This document shows positions 57,750-64,000 of a stretch of DNA of 64,000 bases, in pieces. A program made the translations under genes and the position numbers. Below the pieces are notes generated by a model. The model worked only from the letters and a program-made list of their open reading frames with translations. It ran no database searches and had not been told where the DNA came from. Numbering within the stretch: position 1 is the first letter of the stretch; every line of letters begins with the position of its first letter. Origin of the DNA: a virus (taxonomy: Duplodnaviria > Caudoviricetes); IMG/VR virus record IMGVR_UViG_2693430034_000001, positions 1 through 64,000 of that record. One strand, given 5' to 3'.

Positions 57750-57763
57750 GCTCTTGGTTACGT

Positions 57764-57841
57764 TTGCACGAATGCTAACGCTACACGAACTCCTACAGCG
57801 GTACCCGGCTTTTGTCAACCCGAGCTTTTGCCCGGATGCAA
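57764..57841 (-). promoter_or_regulatory. sigma70 promoter flanked by operators, heading the leftward transcription unit
   Basis: TTGACA (57818-57813)-N17-TAGGAG; operators 57764-57777 and 57828-57841. Confidence 0.65.
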
Positions 57842-57902
57842 ATGTCGGAACACAGGGTGACCCGCCGTTGAAATTCGACCCCCCAGATGGCAGATAGAGC
57901 CC

Positions 57903-58082
57903 ATGACAGACAGCGACATCGAAAAACGAAAAACCGCCCTGCGGGAGGCGCTGCGGCGCAAGCCAGGCACCGGCCTGCGGGTGACGATCGATACCCTCCT
58001 TGCCGCCGCCGAGCTGGTCAAAGCCGAAGAGGCCGAGCCGCTCGAGATCGGCCGCGAGATCTGGATCAGGCTGCCGGTTTGA
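57903..58082 (+). CDS. 59-aa hypothetical protein
   Basis: MTDSDIEKRK...RLPV; TTGA overlap with next gene; translated by hand. Confidence 0.55.
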   Translation: MTDSDIEKRKTALREALRRKPGTGLRVTIDTLLAAAELVKAEEAEPLEIGREIWIRLPV

Positions 58083-58516
58083 CGGCCCTCAGCCGCCGCC
58101 CCTCCAACGACCCGCACCGCAAAGGCTGGCGGGTGTTCTACGGCGACGTCCAGATCGGCCACATCGGGGAGCGAGCCGGCGTCCCGATCGACGTCGACCA
58201 GTGGGGCTGGAGCCTGAGCTTCTATCCCGGCACCGAGCCCGACGACGGCGCAGGCGGCACGGGTGCGACCTTCGAAGAATGCCGGGCCGCGTTCGAGCGA
58301 GCCTGGGAGGAACTCCGACCGAAGCTCACCGAGGAAAACTTTGAGGTCTGGCGCCGCGAGCGCGACCGCACCGCTTGGAAATACCGGATGCACGACCTGG
58401 GCCTGCCGATGCCGACCCAGACCACCACCGGCTGGTCGAAGTGCTTCTGCGGCGCTGACATCCCGATTTCATGTGAAGAGCATATCCATACCGTCCACCG
58501 AGGAATTGGCGAATGA
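58079..58516 (+). CDS. Hypothetical protein
   Basis: W.VFYGDV.IG.I, FEECRAAFE.AW, CFCG. Confidence 0.65.
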   Translation: MTALSRRPSNDPHRKGWRVFYGDVQIGHIGERAGVPIDVDQWGWSLSFYPGTEPDDGAGGTGATFEECRAAFERAWEELRPKLTEENFEVWRRERDRTAWKYRMHDLGLPMPTQTTTGWSKCFCGADIPISCEEHIHTVHRGIGE

Positions 58517-58773
58517 GACTGACCAACGAGCGGCCCTACGCGAAGCCGGAGGCTGCGGCGAAGCGGCTATGGGAGATCATCCAGAAGATCGAGCCGGTGC
58601 ATGGCCGCACGCACGTCGAGAAATTCAACGGCCCGTTCCTATTCGTCGACATGGCCACACCTGCCGAGTATTCGGCCGGCATGAATATCCTGGTGGAACG
58701 CGGGTTCTGCCAGTGGCACGAGAGCGGAACTTTCATCACACTGCTCAAGGAAACCGACTCGCATTTCGACTGA
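58513..58773 (+). CDS. Hypothetical protein
   Basis: ATGA coupling; HESGTF motif. Confidence 0.7.
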   Translation: MRLTNERPYAKPEAAAKRLWEIIQKIEPVHGRTHVEKFNGPFLFVDMATPAEYSAGMNILVERGFCQWHESGTFITLLKETDSHFD

Positions 58774-58808
58774 GGCGACCCTACGTTTGACTCCGGTCAG
58801 TGGAGTTT

Positions 58809-59159
58809 ATGCGTATGGCCTCGCCCTCGATTATTCCCAACGACCGGCTCGACCGGGATTTCTACATCGTCCTCGAAGAGTTCCGGGACGGCGCCGCGTT
58901 TCGGGAGACCGACGAAGGCGTCGGTTATGACGACATCATCGATCAGCTGCTGGCCGGCGAGTTCGGCCAGGTTCTACGGGTGGTGGCGTTCAACCCATCC
59001 GAGGGATGGTCGAGGGACGCCAGCGAGGATATCGCCCGCGAGCTGGAGCGCCGGATCAGCAACGAGGGTCGCGAAGTCTCCGACGCCCTGACGGACTTCA
59101 TCGAAGGTCAGCTCGGCCGCAAGATCGGCGTGCAGCTGCCGCTACCGCTTCAGATCTGA
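58809..59159 (+). CDS. Hypothetical protein
   Basis: SPSIIP, RETD, RVVAFNP.EGWSRD.SED. Confidence 0.7.
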   Translation: MRMASPSIIPNDRLDRDFYIVLEEFRDGAAFRETDEGVGYDDIIDQLLAGEFGQVLRVVAFNPSEGWSRDASEDIARELERRISNEGREVSDALTDFIEGQLGRKIGVQLPLPLQI

Positions 59160-59228
59160 CCTGTAAGAAAATCGCCGCAAATTTCTGACACGACTCGCAT
59201 TTTGCCTTCGGGCTCATAGATCACTTCA

Positions 59229-59825
59229 ATGCCAAAACCGTTCGAATATTGTCGGCCGGTCGCCCAAAAGGCCGTACCCGCTGGACCCGACTGGATCCAC
59301 GAGGTCAAATACGACGGCTACCGCGGTCGCATCGTCCGCGAGGGTAAGGACGTGCGCCTGCTATCGAAGTCTGGCCTCGACTGGACCTGGCGTTTCCCCT
59401 GGATCGTCGAGACGGCGCACAAGATCCGCACGAGCCGCTTTGCGATCGACGGCGAGATCGTCGTGCTCGATGTGCAGGGAATCTCCAACTTCGACGCGCT
59501 CCACTCAGGCCGGCACAACGAGGAGGCCCAGCTCTACGCCTTCGACCTCGTGGCGCTGGACGGCGATGACCTCCGCGACCTGCCGCTGTTCGAGCGCAAG
59601 GACCGGCTCGGCAAGCTGCTCCGCGGCCGGCCCGAAGGCATCTTCGTGGCGCCGTTCGAGCAGGGCGAGATCGGCCCCAGCCTGTTCGAGGCGGCATGCC
59701 GCATGGAACTCGAGGGCTTGGTGTCCAAGCACCGTGATCGGCTCTATCGGCCCCGGACCTGCGACTGGGTGAAAGTGAAGAACCGGGCTCATCCGGCGTT
59801 CTTGCGAGTGATGGACTCATTTTGA
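59229..59825 (+). CDS. ATP-dependent DNA ligase, adenylation domain only (no OB fold)
   Basis: EVKYDGYR, IDGEI, YAFDL, EGLVSK, WVKVK. Confidence 0.9.
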   Translation: MPKPFEYCRPVAQKAVPAGPDWIHEVKYDGYRGRIVREGKDVRLLSKSGLDWTWRFPWIVETAHKIRTSRFAIDGEIVVLDVQGISNFDALHSGRHNEEAQLYAFDLVALDGDDLRDLPLFERKDRLGKLLRGRPEGIFVAPFEQGEIGPSLFEAACRMELEGLVSKHRDRLYRPRTCDWVKVKNRAHPAFLRVMDSF

Positions 59826-59860
59826 AAAGTGGAGGTAGGCGACGACGAGAGCGGCGACGA

Positions 59861-60424
59861 TCATGTCGACCCCGACCGCTTCTGCTCCTCGACGGCTTTC
59901 TCGCACATCGTCTTGAACTGCTGGAACGTGTTGAGCAGATGGCGACCGCGCTTCATGAACTTCTCGAACCGCCAGTAGTCGAAGGATTCGGCGGTCACGA
60001 AGTCGTCGCTCTCCAGCATCTTCGAATGCCACAGCACCATCGGTATGCCCTCGGGCGGCGTCGCCGTCTCGCCGGGCATGTCGCCGCCGAAGCGGACGGA
60101 CCACGTCCCGTGGGCGATCAGGTTGCGCTCCTGACGGAGTTCGGCGAGCGCGTCCCACATTGCCGACACGTCGAGCTTCATGTGGTCCTCGACGATGGAG
60201 CGGATGAACTTGATGTTTTCGTGCGCGTGTTCCTTCGCGATCTGCTTCTTCCGCTTCAGGTCGGGCTGTTCGAGAGCCCATACGCTTTCAATCAGCATGC
60301 AATCGATGTGCGAGAAGACGGTCACCGCATCTGCGATGGCGATCTTGAGGCGGTCCGGCAGCGTGAACGACCACGTCATGCCGGGGACGGCGATGCTGGT
60401 CGGCGGCGGTTTCTGTTTGGACAT
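59861..60424 (-). CDS. HEPN-like protein
   Basis: Helical; ERNLIAHG (Rx4H). Confidence 0.6.
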   Translation of the reverse strand: MSKQKPPPTSIAVPGMTWSFTLPDRLKIAIADAVTVFSHIDCMLIESVWALEQPDLKRKKQIAKEHAHENIKFIRSIVEDHMKLDVSAMWDALAELRQERNLIAHGTWSVRFGGDMPGETATPPEGIPMVLWHSKMLESDDFVTAESFDYWRFEKFMKRGRHLLNTFQQFKTMCEKAVEEQKRSGST

Positions 60425-60915
60425 CAGGGCCTCTCGAAGATCGGAATGGCGTATATCGCCTTCTCGATTTCGAACCGCAGCCTGGCGCAGCGGTCGGCCT
60501 GCGCGTCGAGGTCGCCTGGCCGGTCGAAGTGGACCTCGCTCTTCATCGAATTCCGCGACGTATGGATCGCGCGGTCATGGCCGGATCCGACGACCCAGAG
60601 TCCGTGCACTACGCGGATGCGAACCGCGTTGACGTCGTGGCATTCGGCGATCAGATTCTTGAGCGCCGGGTCCGGCTTGCCGCCTTTTTCCTTGGCGGAC
60701 AGCGCCAGCAGAGCCGAGCACAGCTTGGCGAAGTCGAGTCCGGAGGTCACGATGTCGAAGTATTCGTCGCCGATGCGGGCCATCTCGGCGACGTGGTGCC
60801 GCAGAGTGTACTCCAGCTGCGAGAACTGGAAGATGAAGCGTCCGATCTCGCGATAAATGGTGTCGGTAGGCCCGGGACCGCCGAAGGTTATGCCTGTGAC
60901 GACGTTCTCGGTCAC
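60424..60915 (-). CDS. HEPN-like protein
   Basis: IGRFI..FS.LE; RIRVVHG.W (Rx4H). Confidence 0.6.
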   Translation of the reverse strand: MTENVVTGITFGGPGPTDTIYREIGRFIFQFSQLEYTLRHHVAEMARIGDEYFDIVTSGLDFAKLCSALLALSAKEKGGKPDPALKNLIAECHDVNAVRIRVVHGLWVVGSGHDRAIHTSRNSMKSEVHFDRPGDLDAQADRCARLRFEIEKAIYAIPIFERP

Positions 60916-61091
60916 CGGAACGGATTCCAAAGTTCGACGTGGAACGCATACCGGAAGATGATGACCACGACGCCGTACATCAGCGTCAGGCAGAACAGCC
61001 CGGCGGCGGCCTGCACCAGGCCGACGAAGCCCAGGAACGCGACCGCGCGGCCTACCTTTAATTCGTCCTTCGGCTTGTCTATCTCGGTCAC
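60912..61091 (-). CDS. 59-aa membrane protein
   Basis: GAGG RBS, GTG start, GTGA overlap with next gene; translated by hand. Confidence 0.55.
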   Translation of the reverse strand: MTEIDKPKDELKVGRAVAFLGFVGLVQAAAGLFCLTLMYGVVVIIFRYAFHVELWNPFR

Positions 61092-61098
61092 GGCCGCC

Positions 61099-61347
61099 TC
61101 AATTGCAGTTCGTGTAGATCGTGTTGCCGTTCACGTTGCTGATGCAGTTGTGCGGCTGGGCGACCGGCGCAGGCGCGGGTACCGGCATGTAGTACGGCTG
61201 CGGCGGCGGTGGCCGGTTAGCCTGCTGCGCCAGCAGATACTGGGCGGCGAACGCCCGCTGCTCCGGCGTCATCGGCTCCGAGGCGCACCCGGCCAGGCAG
61301 CCGGCGGCGACGGCGATCGCAATCCATTTTCCCCAGAAACGGCCCAT
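61099..61347 (-). CDS. Small lipoprotein
   Basis: Lipobox LAGC; Pro-rich; C...GNT.YT.C. Confidence 0.75.
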   Translation of the reverse strand: MGRFWGKWIAIAVAAGCLAGCASEPMTPEQRAFAAQYLLAQQANRPPPPQPYYMPVPAPAPVAQPHNCISNVNGNTIYTNCN

Positions 61348-61408
61348 TACTCTCCCCCAAGTTGCGGCCTATAATGGACGGGTCCAGGGCGGGAATCGAG
61401 GGGGATCA

Positions 61409-61930
61409 GTGAAAATAATCGGTATTTCAGCGGCGATGGCGGTCGCTTGGGCCGCGACCGCTCAGGCGAATGCCTTCGACGACTGCGTCCTGAAAAACAT
61501 GCAAGGCGCGACGTCCGACGTGGCGGCCAAGTCGATCAAAGTGGCCTGCATCCGCAAGTCCTCGGTCACGCTCACCGACGACGATCTGAAGGGGCTGAAG
61601 GTCTCGAACGGCTTTTACGGCACGTTCGGCATGATGCGGACGCCGGGCTTCACCGCCGAGGTCAAGAACAACACCGGCTTCATCGTCACCGAGATCACGT
61701 TCGCCATCACGATCGGTGACGGCCCCGCCGAGATGTACCGGGTGGACAACTTCAACTACCAGGAGCCCGGCGTGATCTACACGGGTCCGGCGCCGGACCC
61801 GACGTTCGACATGCGCATCGATCCTCTCAAGAGCAAGAAATTCCAGTTCGAGATGGACCGGCGGGAGATCGAGAAGAAGAAGAAGTGGGGCTGGTCGCTC
61901 GTCGGCGCCAAGGGGATCGTCAGCCAATGA
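61409..61930 (+). CDS. Secreted hypothetical protein
   Basis: Signal peptide; FDDCVLKNM.G..SD.A. Confidence 0.75.
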   Translation: MKIIGISAAMAVAWAATAQANAFDDCVLKNMQGATSDVAAKSIKVACIRKSSVTLTDDDLKGLKVSNGFYGTFGMMRTPGFTAEVKNNTGFIVTEITFAITIGDGPAEMYRVDNFNYQEPGVIYTGPAPDPTFDMRIDPLKSKKFQFEMDRREIEKKKKWGWSLVGAKGIVSQ

Positions 61931-61961
61931 GCGGCGGCTTCAGGATGGCCTCGGCAGCCGA

Positions 61962-62129
61962 CAGGGCGAGATCGGCCCCGACCTCTTCGACGCGGCATGC
62001 CGCATGGGGCTCGAGGGTTTGGTCTCGAAGCACAGAGAGCGCCCCTACCAGGGCGGCCGGTGCGACCACTGGGTCAAGGTGAAGAACCGGCAGCACCCGG
62101 CCTACTCTCGCGTCGCCGACCAGTTCTGA
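61962..62129 (+). pseudogene. 3' fragment of ATP-dependent DNA ligase (copy 2)
   Basis: QGEIGPDLFDAACRMGLEGLVSKH...WVKVKNRQHPAYSRVADQF*; first 18 nt identical to 59661-59678. Confidence 0.9.
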
Positions 62130-62145
62130 ACTCGGAAGCGGGAGT

Positions 62146-62565
62146 TCAGAAGGGGCTCGTTATGCCCTTGCATCCGTGAGCGTAGATGTATTGCCACGCA
62201 CGAATAATACGAGCGTGGTCAGGAGACTCCACCATCAGTTCGTAATCGGTGATCGGTTGCGCAACGCCCTGATATACCTCTTCCATCACCTTCGACTTAC
62301 CGTGGATACCGACACGGGAGTAGTTGCCCATCTGCCGGGTGAAGGGCTGAAACGTGATGCTGTTGGTCACGATGTTATTCAGGAAGTAAGTGCGGGCTCC
62401 CATGCGGAAGACGCAGTTTTTCTTGTCCACCACATCTACCGTGCTCCCATCGCGCCCCGTAATTGCGAAGCTCACGGCCTGGATCATGTCATCGGCATGC
62501 GCCGAAGATGCCGACACCGCTCCAAGCAACACAGAAACCATAAGATATTTGATCACGGCAGCCAT
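62146..62565 (-). CDS. Secreted hypothetical protein
   Basis: Signal peptide; GAGG RBS. Confidence 0.65.
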   Translation of the reverse strand: MAAVIKYLMVSVLLGAVSASSAHADDMIQAVSFAITGRDGSTVDVVDKKNCVFRMGARTYFLNNIVTNSITFQPFTRQMGNYSRVGIHGKSKVMEEVYQGVAQPITDYELMVESPDHARIIRAWQYIYAHGCKGITSPF

Positions 62566-62610
62566 GGGATATCCTCGGTGAAGGCTCTGTGCCTGCATGG
62601 CACGCGGTCG

Positions 62611-62895
62611 TTAGTACAGGTCGTCGCTGCGAAGCTCATCCGGCTCTACCCTGTCGGGAAAATGTAGCCGATAGGCCTCCCGCCGATTTACGAACCTGTT
62701 GGTTGACGTGACGAACCCATGGTCGTCACCATATGGTTGTTCGCCCTGATACCCCTCCATCGCTTGAAGAGCACGGATAGCATCACTGTGCCGGTGGCCT
62801 CTGATGACCTTTCCATTGGAGGCACGAACAGCAGCGCAGATAATTATTTCGGGCGTGGACTCGTCCATGGCCACATTCAATACAGATGCTGTCAT
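62611..62895 (-). CDS. Phage hypothetical protein
   Basis: IICAA, G.RH, GFVTS..RFV.R.EA, L.SDDLY. Confidence 0.75.
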   Translation of the reverse strand: MTASVLNVAMDESTPEIIICAAVRASNGKVIRGHRHSDAIRALQAMEGYQGEQPYGDDHGFVTSTNRFVNRREAYRLHFPDRVEPDELRSDDLY

Positions 62896-62979
62896 GCTCC
62901 CTCCGCCGGCACCGTCTATCTACGGATTGCCGGATAGTTTCAAGGACCTTTAGTTTGCCGCCAACGCAAGGCTTGGAGG

Positions 62980-63053
62980 TACCGGCCGCGGACCTGCGAG
63001 TGGATCAAGGTGAAGAACCGGCAGCCTTCAGCCGCGTCGCCGATCAGTTCTGA
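62980..63053 (+). pseudogene. 3' fragment of ATP-dependent DNA ligase (copy 3, with 7-nt deletion)
   Basis: YRPRTCEWIKVKNRQ then FSRVADQF*. Confidence 0.85.
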
Positions 63054-63165
63054 AGTCGTCGAGCCGGCCGTGCCGCCGCGCATCGCCCAAGTTCTCGGCC
63101 GGTCCTCCCCGAAGGGGACTATAGGGGTTGGTTCTAAGGTGGTGGTTCTAAGTAGTGGTTAAAGG

Positions 63166-63232
63166 TGTCACTTAGGATGACACCCCCCTGTCATCCTGGA
63201 TGACACCCCCTGTCAGTTAGGATGACACCCCC
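63166..63232. repeat. Three tandem 22-23 bp palindromic repeats (iteron-like)
   Basis: TGTCA-N4-GGATGACA-CCCCC x3. Confidence 0.85.
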
Positions 63233-63347
63233 ACGGTGCGGAGATTAGGCGGCCTATTCTCCGCATCACGGCCGGCGGAACTGGATCCTCTTGAGCGCTT
63301 AGCGCTCGCCGGCCATTGGGTCTAGGCTCTGACGCCGAGGGTGCAAC

Positions 63348-63536
63348 ATGAACGATGAAGCCGCAAAGGCTGCTCGCCTTATGAAGGTCGTCGAGGTGAT
63401 GGTCGCCGAGCTGCAGCGCCAGGGCGTCGCCGAGGCACTGGCGGATCTTGGTTTCGACCCGACGCCTTTGGCCGAGTCGGTCATCAAGGCAGCGGACGGC
63501 GATGTGATCGACCTCAGCAGCCGCCGGGACCGATGA
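63348..63536 (+). CDS. Hypothetical protein flanked by 16-bp direct repeats
   Basis: GAGG RBS; AGCGCTCGCCGGCCAT at 63301 and 63550. Confidence 0.65.
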   Translation: MNDEAAKAARLMKVVEVMVAELQRQGVAEALADLGFDPTPLAESVIKAADGDVIDLSSRRDR

Positions 63537-63621
63537 TGACTGAGCGCGGAGCGCTCGCCGGCCATGCTCGCTGCAATTCCAAAATCTTGCCTTCCGTTTG
63601 CATTCGTGCTAGGCAGGCCAG

Positions 63622-64000
63622 ATGCAAACAGACTGGTTGAGATGGGGCGTCGAGACGGTCCTCAAGACGTTTCGCGACTCCGAGGCCGCCGGGTATCGCT
63701 CGCGCGATCGGCAGTATGCCATCGAGATCCTCGCCAAGGCCGAGGAGCAGGCTGGCGCCCCGGGCGCGCTGCAGGGCCGCGACGACACCCTGCGAGGGCT
63801 TGCGGCATTCTTCAGCGAGTCGCCGCATACGGTCTGGTCGAACGACGAGATTGCCGACTGCCTGACCAGCATGATCACCCCGCCCGCGGACGAACCGGTC
63901 AAGGTCACGCCGAGCTGCGGCTGCATCTTCTGCGACTTGGACCTGGAGGCCGTCGATGGCATTCACGACGGACCGGCCGGCGAGAGAATTGAATGTAGCG
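63622..64000 (+). CDS. Hypothetical protein, runs off window end
   Basis: Open frame MQTDWLRWG...SCGCIFCD; operator-like site at 63598 upstream. Confidence 0.55.
   Translation, partial: MQTDWLRWGVETVLKTFRDSEAAGYRSRDRQYAIEILAKAEEQAGAPGALQGRDDTLRGLAAFFSESPHTVWSNDEIADCLTSMITPPADEPVKVTPSCGCIFCDLDLEAVDGIHDGPAGERIECS

Larger units (their letters stand above)
1..64000. mobile_element. Portion of a large temperate myovirus (prophage or phage-plasmid), ends not in window
   Basis: Ordered terminase, portal, scaffold, capsid, P2-like baseplate, sheath, tube, tape measure and lysis genes, plus phage-type accessory genes at both window edges. Confidence 0.93.

Noticed and set aside
63166-63232. Possible mini-CRISPR
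   Set aside because: Repeats are directly adjacent with no spacers

Overview
The whole window is part of a large, high-GC temperate myovirus (prophage or phage-plasmid). The host is probably an alphaproteobacterium of Bradyrhizobium type; this is inferred from gene content. No integrase, repressor or att site is visible, so the element extends beyond the window. Layout: (i) 1-8458, + strand, small accessory and nucleotide-related genes (Nlig-Ia-like, DUF6884, DUF4326-SLOG fusion, ASCH, dCMP deaminase, MT-A70 MTase, CHAP-like hydrolase). (ii) 8494-13900, - strand, an AT-richer five-gene cassette (DNA MTase, degenerate BglII-like REase, ParB-like protein, SNF2 helicase, DUF3883 nuclease) bounded by a resolvase remnant; this is the best candidate for an undescribed defence system. 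(iii) 14066-52019, - strand: dNMP kinase, deoxyribosyltransferase and phosphoesterase genes, lysis, P2-like contractile tail with a -1 frameshifted chaperone, head, portal, terminase and a second fibre module. (iv) An atypical tRNA-Trp and several long structured non-coding RNA candidates. (v) 52602-57621, small minus-strand genes. (vi) 57900-64000, a variable region in which cargo genes (including two HEPN-like genes) lie between repeated 3' ends of an ATP-dependent ligase gene. A TTGC-N6-GCAA operator-like palindrome recurs at promoters and gene junctions. All family calls come from motif recognition by eye; no database search was run.
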